Shown: one piece after another, positions 27,772-36,266 of the stretch | Position numbering within the stretch: position 1 is the stretch's first letter | Layout of the letters: each line of letters begins with the position of its first letter | DNA from: Anaerolineae bacterium | GTDB taxonomy: Bacteria > Chloroflexota > Anaerolineae > Epilineales > Epilineaceae | Direction: 5' to 3' | DNA length: 46,498 nt | NCBI GenBank assembly: GCA_029262755.1 | Contig: JAJCYU010000105.1 | Span: 1-46,498 of the forward strand | Program-made: the position numbers and the translations under genes | Notes under the pieces: model-generated | Told to the model about the DNA's origin: nothing | What the model saw: the letters and a program-made list of their open reading frames with translations, nothing else | The model's database searches: none

Positions 27772-28539
27772 ATGTCCGAGTCAGGCACACGCGGCGCGTT
27801 CGACCGCTGGCTCCCTGAGCCTTCGGAGGACGGAGGACAGCGCCCATCCGCGCCCGAACGCCTTGCGTCACGTGTCCTGGGCATGCTGCCTGTGGGCACA
27901 CCCGGCTTCTATCACGCCTTGGCCGAGATCGTCATCGACGCCTGGGCGGATCACGACCTGCGCGAGCATCTGCGCCGAGACCCGGCAGCAGCCATCGCAA
28001 AACGCGGGCTCGAGATTCCAGCCAATATCACCTTCGACATCGTCTCACCCTACGAAGCGACGTTGCCGGAAGGCACGCGCGTTGGACTGCCCCTTCCGCC
28101 CGCGAACGATCCCGTCACGACCACCGCGCTAGCACGGGCGGGCCTGGCGGACACGGCATGGGGCTGGTTGTTGAACGCCCCCGTCGAGTCCATGGACGCC
28201 GACGAAGATCCACTCGCAGCCGGATCCGCGTTCGCCGTTGCGGCGGCGCGTGTCCAAGAGAGAGAGCAGGCGCGTGCGCATCAGGATCACGCCGCGCGAT
28301 CTACAAACAAGCACACACCGTGGTTCGACCGTTTCCGTCGCACACCGCGACCGGTCTTCACGCTCGTCGGCGCCTTCGGCGCCGTGGTGCTGCTGATCTG
28401 GTCCGCGAACTCAGGAGGCATTCTCTCTGGAGATTCGACCTCCGGCACCGCCTCGGGCACCCTGTCCTGGACCTGGACCGCCATCTACCTCGCTGCGTTC
28501 GGCGCAGCCTGGTGGTGGATGGCCGGCCGGAAAGGATGA
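27772..28539 (+). CDS. Membrane-anchored protein with NHLP/nitrile-hydratase-alpha-leader-like domain
   Basis: GGAG RBS. LAEIVIDAWADHDLREHLRRDPAAAIAKRGLEIPANITFDIV...LPLPP, then two C-terminal TM helices. Confidence 0.7.
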   Translation: MSESGTRGAFDRWLPEPSEDGGQRPSAPERLASRVLGMLPVGTPGFYHALAEIVIDAWADHDLREHLRRDPAAAIAKRGLEIPANITFDIVSPYEATLPEGTRVGLPLPPANDPVTTTALARAGLADTAWGWLLNAPVESMDADEDPLAAGSAFAVAAARVQEREQARAHQDHAARSTNKHTPWFDRFRRTPRPVFTLVGAFGAVVLLIWSANSGGILSGDSTSGTASGTLSWTWTAIYLAAFGAAWWWMAGRKG

Positions 28540-28565
28540 CCACCAACCCTTAGGTAGCAATTCGT

Positions 28566-28592
28566 GGGAACATCACAGCAACCCACGAGTAG
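28566..28592 (+). promoter_or_regulatory. ECF-type promoter, copy 4
   Basis: GGGAACATC-N14-GTAG, followed by AAGGACTGTCGC, which resembles AAAGGCTGTCGC after copy 2. Confidence 0.7.
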
Positions 28593-28803
28593 AAGGACTG
28601 TCGCTAGCGCACGAGAGGCCCAGCAGCAGGGAGGAGATGGGTCGCAACCGGCCTACCGGGGCCACCGGAAGTAGCGGAGGCGAAGTATCACCCGGCATTT
28701 GGCGGCAGCGCACATTTTTCGGAGGAGGAACACCATGAGCAGCTCGAATCGATCAGCCCGATTGACTCGTGAACACGTCCCACAACGGGAGGGAGGCACC
28801 ACC

Positions 28804-29790
28804 ATGCGCGCTCTGAAGCTCTTCACCATGACCATGCTGCTGCTGGCTTCGTTGGGTCTCGCGGCCTGCACCGGCACCGACGTATCAGGCACGGCCGGCG
28901 ACACGCCGCCGGATGTCCCCGGCAAGGAGGTCCCGCCGGATCCCGAGAACCCGCCTGAGAAGCCCGGCGGCAACGTTGATCCCGGCGCCGGCAACACCGA
29001 TCCCGGCAACGAGAAGGAAGGCTCCAACGACCCCGGTAGCGGCAGCAACGCCGATGCCAGCAAGGAAATCACCCTTGAGAGCTTCCTTGCCCAGCTGAAC
29101 CCGTCCCAGCGTCTGGACTTCGCCTACATCGAAGAGCACTGCGGCGCACCGTGCCTCGAGGCGAGCGAAGCCCTCAACGCGTACATTCAAGAGTTGTGCG
29201 CATCGAGCCCGGATGACTGCACCCCCGAGCTGCAGGCGATGCTCACCAAGGAGCGCACGGCGACGCAGGTCCGCAACGACCAGGGTCTGGTCGGTCTACC
29301 GAACGCGGATGCCGTCAGCAAGCTCCTCCAGCAGTCGCAGGGCGGCGCCCCAGCGGGCGGCGGTGACACGAGCGGCGGCACCGGCAGCAGTGGCGGCGAC
29401 ACCGGTGGCGACACCGGCGGCGGCGACACGGGTGGCGGCGACACCGGTGGCGACACGGGTGGCCAGGCCGGCGGCGGCGACACCGGCGGCGACAAGGGCG
29501 GCGATGGCGACAAGACGATGCCCGCGGCTCCGGTGGCAGCAGCGGCAGCAGTGCAGGCCGTGGTCGAGACCCTCGGCCAGCCGAGCCTGACGTGGGAGAT
29601 GATCGCGGCGGCGGCCGACAAGGGCGACGTTGCAGCGCTGTCCGAGTACTTCGCAGCCTTGATCGACATGAACATGAGCGTGCCGGGTTGCGACGAGTGC
29701 GCGACGACGATGACGGCACTGCTCGACGGTGTGCCGGCTTCGGCAGAGAGCATCATGACGCTCCTCACGGCCGTCCAGGCCCAGAAGTAG
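28804..29790 (+). CDS. Two-domain Cys-containing lipoprotein, paralog B
   Basis: GGAGG RBS; colinear with 25562..26527. Alternative in-frame ATG at 28735. Confidence 0.9.
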   Translation: MRALKLFTMTMLLLASLGLAACTGTDVSGTAGDTPPDVPGKEVPPDPENPPEKPGGNVDPGAGNTDPGNEKEGSNDPGSGSNADASKEITLESFLAQLNPSQRLDFAYIEEHCGAPCLEASEALNAYIQELCASSPDDCTPELQAMLTKERTATQVRNDQGLVGLPNADAVSKLLQQSQGGAPAGGGDTSGGTGSSGGDTGGDTGGGDTGGGDTGGDTGGQAGGGDTGGDKGGDGDKTMPAAPVAAAAAVQAVVETLGQPSLTWEMIAAAADKGDVAALSEYFAALIDMNMSVPGCDECATTMTALLDGVPASAESIMTLLTAVQAQK

Positions 29791-29843
29791 CATCGGGAGC
29801 AGCACGCTAGGACGGGCAAGTCCCGACCTACGTAGCAATGCAA

Positions 29844-29877
29844 CAAAAGGGGCGCCCTCACGGGCGCCCCTTTTTTG
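29844..29877. terminator. Bidirectional intrinsic terminator
   Basis: AAAAGGGGCGCCC-tcac-GGGCGCCCCTTTTTT. Confidence 0.9.
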
Positions 29878-29907
29878 TGCGTTGCAGCGATTCACGTTCT
29901 GCCGCAA

Positions 29908-29990
29908 TCCGCTCGTCGCCGTCACGTCCGGTTCCCGTCACGTCCGCTCGCCGTCACGTCCGCTCGCCGTCACATCCGGTAGCCGTCACG
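29908..29990. repeat. Degenerate ~16-bp tandem repeat, about 5 copies
   Basis: Consensus TCCGCTCGCCGTCACG; CCGTCAC recurs five times. Confidence 0.8.
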
Positions 29991-30052
29991 CTAGTAGCCC
30001 GCACGCCGGATATCTGCTCCTCCTGCCGCCTACAGCCCAGACGCCGGAGCCG

Positions 30053-30898
30053 CTACTCGCCCGCGCCCAAGCGCAACGTCGCCACGACCGGCAGATGATC
30101 GGAAGCGCGCCGGGCGAGAGGGGAATCGTGCACGGCGATATCGGCGATCCGGTGCGCCGGGTGGGCCAGGATACGATCGAGACGTATGAGGGGAATCCGT
30201 GCAGGGAAGCTGCGCGGCGCCGGTTGCGCGCCCAGGGCGCGCTCCAGCCGGCGAACCGCTCGGCCGCGGCCGGTCGGGTCGTTCAGGTCGCCGAGCACGA
30301 CGATCGCATCGACATCGTCTCGTTCCGAGTTGTCCAGCTCCAGCGCGTCCAAGAGACGGTCGGCTTGCTCGATGCGCTCGGAGCCGCTCAGGCCGAGGTG
30401 GGTCGCGAAGACGCGGATCGTGCGGCCGCCCAGGGTAACCCGCGCTTCGAGCGCGCCGCGTGGCTCTGGCTTTCCGATGCGTCCGTGGCAGCCGTCGCGC
30501 AGGGGGTGGTTGATCACGCGGCTCGGTGCTTCGCGCAGCAAGAGCGCGTTGCCGTAGTCGCCCCGGTGATCGCGCATCGCCCCGCCGGGGACGGCCCGAT
30601 AACCCGCGGCCTCTGCGATCCGGAAGAGCTGCCCGTCCATCCGCCCCGGCTGCGTCGAGACTTCTTGCAGTCCAACGACGTCCGCGTCGATCTCGCGCAG
30701 CACGGCCGCGATCCGATCCGGGCGCGCCGCACGCGGCCACCCGGCGCCGACCGCGCCGTGGATGTTGTACGTGGCCACGCGTATCGAGCGCAGCGGATCG
30801 CGCGGGCTCGGCGTATCGCGCGGCGACGAGGGAGCCCCTTGCTTCGGAGCCCCTTGCCTCGTCCCGTCCTGCGGCCCCACCGGTTCCCCTTCCTTCAC
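30053..30898 (-). CDS. Endonuclease/exonuclease/phosphatase (EEP, YbhP-like)
   Basis: ATYNIH, VGLQEV, YGNALL, THL, LGDLN, LDRI, SDHLPV. Start placed at the GTG overlapping the PLD stop (GTGA). Confidence 0.9.
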   Translation of the reverse strand: MKEGEPVGPQDGTRQGAPKQGAPSSPRDTPSPRDPLRSIRVATYNIHGAVGAGWPRAARPDRIAAVLREIDADVVGLQEVSTQPGRMDGQLFRIAEAAGYRAVPGGAMRDHRGDYGNALLLREAPSRVINHPLRDGCHGRIGKPEPRGALEARVTLGGRTIRVFATHLGLSGSERIEQADRLLDALELDNSERDDVDAIVVLGDLNDPTGRGRAVRRLERALGAQPAPRSFPARIPLIRLDRILAHPAHRIADIAVHDSPLARRASDHLPVVATLRLGAGE

Positions 30899-33234
30899 CG
30901 GCTCTTGCGGCGTGCAGCGCCGGTGTCTTGGCTCCACGCCTCGAGACGTTGACGCCCCAGCCACAGCGCGACACCGACGACCACGGCGCCGGCCGCGAGC
31001 AACGCGATGGTGCGTGGGGACGGGTCCAGCCAGGCGCGGGCGGCCCCCTCTCCGGCGACGGCGATGACGATGGGCGAAGGCAACATGACCAGCGTCGTGG
31101 CCAGTATGAAGTCTCGCAACGCGACGTGAGATGCCCCGAAGACCATGTTGCTCAATCCGAAGGGTGCGCCCGGCACGAGGCGTAGTAGCAACGCGCCCCG
31201 AAGACCCGCCTTGCCGGCCCGCTCACTGATGCGAAGCACACGTTCTCCGAAGCGTTCGCGCAAGGTATCACGACCGATCCACGACCCCAGCCCGTAGGAG
31301 ACGAGGGCGCTGACCATCGTGCCCGCGATCGCCCACAGCATGCCTGCGCGTGGACCGAGCACGAGCACCGCGACGACGTGCAGCACGTGCACGGGCAGCA
31401 TGAACTGCGTGCCGACGACGTACAGCGCGAACAACGCGGGACCGGTCCACGGCGTGCTGCGCAGCGTTCGCGCGAGGGACTCCGCATCGAGGAGCTCGCC
31501 GAGCGGCGTCCACCGCCAGGCGGCGCCGAGCGCGAGCAGCCCGACCACCGCGGCCGCGATCAGCCACGTCGGCGCGTGACGGGTCGCGCGCCCGTGCCCG
31601 CCGTCTCCGGCGATGCGTGGCGTGCCGGGTGCGCCGAGCCATTCACCCGGCCTTGGGCGCGCGCCGACGGCGTGGTCGGCGCGGCCGGCGGTCGGTTGCG
31701 GCATCGCGTCGAGCAGCGTCGACAGCCAGCCGGGGAGGCGCGCCTCGATGTCCACCAACGTCGGCCCATCCTTGGCGCGCAACCGATCCACGGTAGCGAT
31801 CAGCGAATCGCCCTCCTCCTCCGCCGCGTCAACCTCCTCCGGCGGAAGGGCCAGATGCTCGCCGAGAACGGCGTGCCGGAAGCGACGAATGGCGGCCCGG
31901 TGCTCCGCGTTGTCTTCGGCGTCGATGGCGAGATCGCACTCGCAGTCGTCGGCCATCGATTTGTGGTTCAGGTTGGCGGAGCCGATACGGAGGAGCCGGT
32001 CATCGACGATCATCAGCTTGGCGTGAACGTTGATCGAGGTGCCCTTTTCTTCCGGAATGCCGGGCGCGTCGGGATAGAGCACGCGCAGCCTGTTGTGACG
32101 ATCGGCCCGGCGCAAGCGGTGGAGGCGCACCGGCAGCATCGTCTCCATCGTCAGGCGCGCGAGGAGCCCCGTCGTGTCGCGCGGCATGATCATGATGAGC
32201 TCCGGCCCGTCCGGCTCACGCAGCCGGTCGCACAACGCCGCGCAGACGGTCGGGTCCGTGAAGTACTGCTGCTCGATGAAGATCGTGTCGCGCGCCCGGG
32301 CGATCATCGCCAGGAAGAGCGCCTCGATCTCGCTCACCTGCTCCTGTTCGCCGTACGCGGGGTCCGTGCGGGCAATGGCGACCTCAACGTCGGTCAGGTC
32401 GGGCGCCAGATTGTCCGGCCACGGATCATGATCGTCCCCCTCAAAGGGTCCGGGCAGATCGGATGCCGTTCTGCCCGCGCCGTCGTCCGTTCCATTGCCG
32501 ACATCCGTTCCGTTGCCGTTGTCCGTGCCCGAGCCCGAACTTCGTTCCGCCTCGAAGCGCTCGGCGCGCCGCCAGCGCTCGCGCGCGAGGTCGCCGAGAG
32601 CGGCGGCGGCGTCCCCGTCGACGAGGATCTGGATGTCGTGATAGGGACGGTACGACGCTTCGTCCGGCTCCTTGCGACGTTTGTCCTCCGGAGCGTGCTC
32701 CGCGGTGTCCCATCGCGCCTGCGTCAGGTCGATGCCGCCGGCGAACGCGATCGCATCGTCGATCACGGCCACTTTCTGATGCGGCGAGGAGACCGCCGGA
32801 TGGCAACCATCCAGGCCGATGTGGATGCGCGGGTGGTCGATGTTCACGGCTGGGATCTGCTCGGGGTTGAGGAGAGCTTCGACCCCCTGCACGCTCTTGG
32901 CGTAGAGCGGCGCCTTGTCCCAGATTAGGATCCGCACCTCGAGCTCCGGCTCCGCCTCGACACGCTCGATGAGCAGTTCTCCCAAGCTGCAGGGAGACAC
33001 CTGATCGTCGGGACGTCCGCGCGTGAGCTGGATGCGTTGATCGAAGTCCCACGCCAGGATGTACACGCTGCGCCGCGCATGGCGCAGGGCCTTGGCGATC
33101 TCGTGGTAGTAGGCGTCGGCGTTGCGCAGCAGGGCCACACGCTGCGCATGGGCGACGCGCCAGCAGGTCTCGCCGGGCCGGAAGAGGGGCTCGCTCGCGC
33201 TGCCGTTTGTTGCTGGGTCTTGAGGCGCGTTCAT
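30895..33234 (-). CDS. Phospholipase D family protein fused to a DedA/SNARE-associated (VTT) membrane domain
   Basis: Two HKD motifs (HQKVAVIDD, HAKLMIVDD..GSANLN). C-terminal TMs with RLVPGAPF. Confidence 0.92.
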   Translation of the reverse strand: MNAPQDPATNGSASEPLFRPGETCWRVAHAQRVALLRNADAYYHEIAKALRHARRSVYILAWDFDQRIQLTRGRPDDQVSPCSLGELLIERVEAEPELEVRILIWDKAPLYAKSVQGVEALLNPEQIPAVNIDHPRIHIGLDGCHPAVSSPHQKVAVIDDAIAFAGGIDLTQARWDTAEHAPEDKRRKEPDEASYRPYHDIQILVDGDAAAALGDLARERWRRAERFEAERSSGSGTDNGNGTDVGNGTDDGAGRTASDLPGPFEGDDHDPWPDNLAPDLTDVEVAIARTDPAYGEQEQVSEIEALFLAMIARARDTIFIEQQYFTDPTVCAALCDRLREPDGPELIMIMPRDTTGLLARLTMETMLPVRLHRLRRADRHNRLRVLYPDAPGIPEEKGTSINVHAKLMIVDDRLLRIGSANLNHKSMADDCECDLAIDAEDNAEHRAAIRRFRHAVLGEHLALPPEEVDAAEEEGDSLIATVDRLRAKDGPTLVDIEARLPGWLSTLLDAMPQPTAGRADHAVGARPRPGEWLGAPGTPRIAGDGGHGRATRHAPTWLIAAAVVGLLALGAAWRWTPLGELLDAESLARTLRSTPWTGPALFALYVVGTQFMLPVHVLHVVAVLVLGPRAGMLWAIAGTMVSALVSYGLGSWIGRDTLRERFGERVLRISERAGKAGLRGALLLRLVPGAPFGLSNMVFGASHVALRDFILATTLVMLPSPIVIAVAGEGAARAWLDPSPRTIALLAAGAVVVGVALWLGRQRLEAWSQDTGAARRKSR

Positions 33235-33381
33235 GTCGGGCTCCCGGTGACGATTGTACGCTCGGTTTGGATCGTACCGCTCGCGTTGTCGAGCCGGAAC
33301 GGTGGGTCGCGGGAATCGCGCACACCTCGGACGGGGCGAGCCCGGAAGTCTAGCGGCGATGCGCAGTGGCGGCAGCCTTCA

Positions 33382-33410
33382 TTGACAGAGGTACCCCGCC
33401 AAGGCACGAT
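33382..33410 (+). promoter_or_regulatory. Putative sigma70 promoter of the prsW-like operon
   Basis: Perfect TTGACA-N17-CACGAT. Confidence 0.5.
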
Positions 33411-34671
33411 GCCACGCGATGTCGGCCTTGCACTGGAGACCCCGCCCCTGACCCTGCTCATCCCAACCTTGGTCTCGATCGGCGTGCCGCTCGGGTTCCT
33501 GTGGTTCGTGCGGCGCATGGACCTGTACGCGTCCGGAAGCTTCCGCACCGTCCTGGTGTGCTTCGGCGCCGGGCTTGCTGCCTTTCCGGCCGCGTACGTG
33601 CTCAACACCCAGGCGCGCGGGCTCATGCTGGCCTCGGGTCTGACGGCGGTGGCCGCAAGCCTCCTGCTGCGCACGACCGTTGCGCCGATTATTGAGGAAG
33701 TGCTGAAGTCTGCGGGCGTCGTCTACTACGCCAACAAGCCGCAGTTCACGTACTTCGTCGACGGCGCCATCTACGGCTTCGCGGCCGGCACCGCCTTCGC
33801 CGTGATCGAGAACGTCAACTACCTGCAGAACGCCCCGGAAGGCCTGGCATTGGGCACCGCGATCAACCGCGCCTTTTCCACGTCGCTTATGCACGGCGGC
33901 GCGAGCGCGTTGGTCGGCGTAGCCATCGGCCGCTTCCGCTTCGAGAAAGGCTGGACACGTGCGTTTGCGCTCGTGGGCGGCTGGGGGGCGGCTATCGCGT
34001 TGCACAGCGCCTTCAACCGGCTGGTCAACAGCGGGCCGATGGACACCATGCGCCTGATCGGCGCCTTTGGGATCGGCTTCGGCGCCGTGGGCCTGACCGC
34101 GTTGTTCATCCTGTGGGGCCTGCGCGTGCAACGTCGCTGGCTCCGGCAGTCGCTCGGCTTGGACGTCGGGGTGACGTCGGGCGAGTCGGAGGTCGTGCAG
34201 AAGCTGGCCGACCTGGATGAGCTGCTACGGCCGATCACCGAGGTCTTCGGGCCGCAGAAGCGCGACGCGGTTGAGCGATTCTTGCGCATCCAGGCTCGCC
34301 TCGGTATCAAACGCAAAGCGCAGCAGCTGACACCCGACGCCAAGCTAGCCGCGGCGCTGGCGGCGGAAGTGGCGGATCTGCGCGAAGAGATGGACCAGCT
34401 GCGTCGCGAGGTCGGCGTCTACTGCATGACGTTCGTGCGCTCGATCCTGCCACCGGAAACCGAAGCACTGTGGGATCCGCTCGCCAAGCGGCTGGCCGAG
34501 GTCGAGGCACGCAGGGAGACAGAGAGCGGGGGCATGAACCTGTGGCAGACTCTCGGCGACCGCGCCGACGCGGCAGGGGACGGTGCAGCAGGGGGCGCTT
34601 TCGCTGACAGCGATGCGGCAGAGGACGATGCGACCGCGGGCGACGCAGCCGCGGGCGATCCATCCACCTAG
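33409..34671 (+). CDS. prsW: PrsW-family glutamic-type intramembrane protease with cytoplasmic helical extension (start 33409-33448)
   Basis: APIIEEVLK, FAVIEN, LMHG and ALHSAFN motifs; about 7 TM. Confidence 0.85.
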   Translation: MPRDVGLALETPPLTLLIPTLVSIGVPLGFLWFVRRMDLYASGSFRTVLVCFGAGLAAFPAAYVLNTQARGLMLASGLTAVAASLLLRTTVAPIIEEVLKSAGVVYYANKPQFTYFVDGAIYGFAAGTAFAVIENVNYLQNAPEGLALGTAINRAFSTSLMHGGASALVGVAIGRFRFEKGWTRAFALVGGWGAAIALHSAFNRLVNSGPMDTMRLIGAFGIGFGAVGLTALFILWGLRVQRRWLRQSLGLDVGVTSGESEVVQKLADLDELLRPITEVFGPQKRDAVERFLRIQARLGIKRKAQQLTPDAKLAAALAAEVADLREEMDQLRREVGVYCMTFVRSILPPETEALWDPLAKRLAEVEARRETESGGMNLWQTLGDRADAAGDGAAGGAFADSDAAEDDATAGDAAAGDPST

Positions 34672-34684
34672 GGGGAGCAGCACG

Positions 34685-35428
34685 ATGACGCAGATCGTAT
34701 CCATCCACTCGTACCGGGGCGGGACGGGCAAGTCCAACACCTGCGCCAACCTGGCCGCGTTGATCGGCCGACGCGGGCTACGGGTCGGCATCGTCGACAC
34801 CGACATCAACTCGCCCGGCATCCACGTCATCTTCGGCATGGACGATTCGTCGATCGACAAGACGCTCAACGATTATCTATGGGGCAACTGCCGTATCGAG
34901 GAAGCCGCTTACCCCATCGATCTGCCGAACACGGAAGGCTCCGTGTTCCTGATCCCCTCCAGCCCCAAGACCAGCGAGATCACCCGCGTCCTGCGCGAAG
35001 GCTACGAGGTCGGTATGCTCATCGACGGCCTGCGCGAGCTCAACGAAGCCCTCGACCTCGACGTGCTGCTGATCGACACCCACCCCGGCCTCAACGACGA
35101 GACGCTGCTCTCGATCACCATCAGCGACGTGCTGATCATCGTGCTGCGTCCGGACCAACAGGACTACCAGGGCACGGGCGTGACGGTCGAGGTCGCGCGC
35201 AAGCTCGACGTACCCGAGCTCTACCTGCTGCTCAACAAAGTGCCCGCCGCCTTCGATGCCGAAGACGTGCGCCAGACCGTGCAGGACACCTACGGCGCAC
35301 AAGTGCCGGCCGTCCTGCCCCACGCCGACGAGATGATGGTGCTCAGCAGCGCCGGCATCTTCGTCGTGGAGTTCCCGAACCACCCTCTCACACGCGAGCT
35401 CGAGGGCCTGGCGGCCCTTCTCGGCTAG
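34685..35428 (+). CDS. MinD/ParA-family ATPase (atypical)
   Basis: HSYRGGTGKS, VDTDINSPG, LIDTHPG, LNKV. GGGGGAG RBS. Confidence 0.9.
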   Translation: MTQIVSIHSYRGGTGKSNTCANLAALIGRRGLRVGIVDTDINSPGIHVIFGMDDSSIDKTLNDYLWGNCRIEEAAYPIDLPNTEGSVFLIPSSPKTSEITRVLREGYEVGMLIDGLRELNEALDLDVLLIDTHPGLNDETLLSITISDVLIIVLRPDQQDYQGTGVTVEVARKLDVPELYLLLNKVPAAFDAEDVRQTVQDTYGAQVPAVLPHADEMMVLSSAGIFVVEFPNHPLTRELEGLAALLG

Positions 35429-35579
35429 CGCGAGCCCCGGTCCCGTCCGGCCGCCCGCGGACGTCGACCCGAGTCCGATCCCCATGCTGCGGACCGCAAC
35501 GAGCTACCCTCAATCTCCAGTCTACGATCCCTGAGCCCGTCCTCGATCCCCTTCCCAGTTCCGTTTCCAGGAGTGACGC

Positions 35580-35792
35580 ATGCGGTGCCACAAATGCGGT
35601 GAGGAGCCGATCGGGGTGTGCAAGTTCTGCGGGCGCGCGGTCTGCCCGGACTGTCATCAACCGATGCCCTTCATCTTGAACCTCTACGTGGGCGAAGACG
35701 CCGTGCCGAAGGCCATCGTCGTCGCCGACACGCTGTGGTGCCGCACCTGCCGGCCGCAGCCGGAGCCGATCCCAATGCCCGAGATCTCCTGA
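35580..35792 (+). CDS. Small Cys-rich zinc-finger protein (B-box-like)
   Basis: AGGAG RBS. CxxC-x7-CxxC-x4-CxxCH...CxxC. Confidence 0.8.
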   Translation: MRCHKCGEEPIGVCKFCGRAVCPDCHQPMPFILNLYVGEDAVPKAIVVADTLWCRTCRPQPEPIPMPEIS

Positions 35793-35813
35793 TCCCGGAG
35801 GAGGAGGAAGGCC

Positions 35814-36266
35814 ATGGCGGGACTATTCGACCGACTTCAGGAAGACCTGGAGCAACGCGACAAGATGGCGGGCATGAGCCCGGCGGACCTGCTCATGCTC
35901 CCCGACGACGAGCGGCGCATCGTCCAGGCCCTCGCCCGGCGCGGCGATCTGAGCCTCGACGAGCTGGTCGCGCACCTCGACAGCGACGTGGACGCCGTGC
36001 GGGCGACGCTGGCCGTTTTGCGCGAAAAGGGCTTCGCGCGCGAGCTGGATATAAAGGGCCGCACGATCTGGCGGACTTACTTTGCCCGCCGTAAGCCAAG
36101 CAGCGCGCTGAACAGCATCTGGGCCAACCTGGCTGAGAAGACGGATGTGAGCGCGGAGGCGGATGCGAGCGGGGATGCGAGCGTCTCCGACGGCGCGGAC
36201 GCGCACCGCGACGAGGGCGGCTCTCGCCCAACGAACGACCCGACCACGGGGGGCAACGATGGCTGA
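35814..36266 (+). CDS. Winged-helix domain protein
   Basis: Strong GGAGGAGG RBS. ERRIVQALARRGDLSLDELVAHL..VRATLAVLREKGF. Confidence 0.8.
   Translation: MAGLFDRLQEDLEQRDKMAGMSPADLLMLPDDERRIVQALARRGDLSLDELVAHLDSDVDAVRATLAVLREKGFARELDIKGRTIWRTYFARRKPSSALNSIWANLAEKTDVSAEADASGDASVSDGADAHRDEGGSRPTNDPTTGGNDG

Noticed and set aside
27772-29790. RiPP (NHLP/proteusin) biosynthetic cluster
   Set aside because: No YcaO, radical SAM, LanM or C39 peptidase transporter nearby, and the NHLP-like protein lacks a core peptide.
34685-35428. Canonical minD or parA
   Set aside because: No minC/minE or parB, altered Walker A and no membrane-targeting helix, so no symbol was given.
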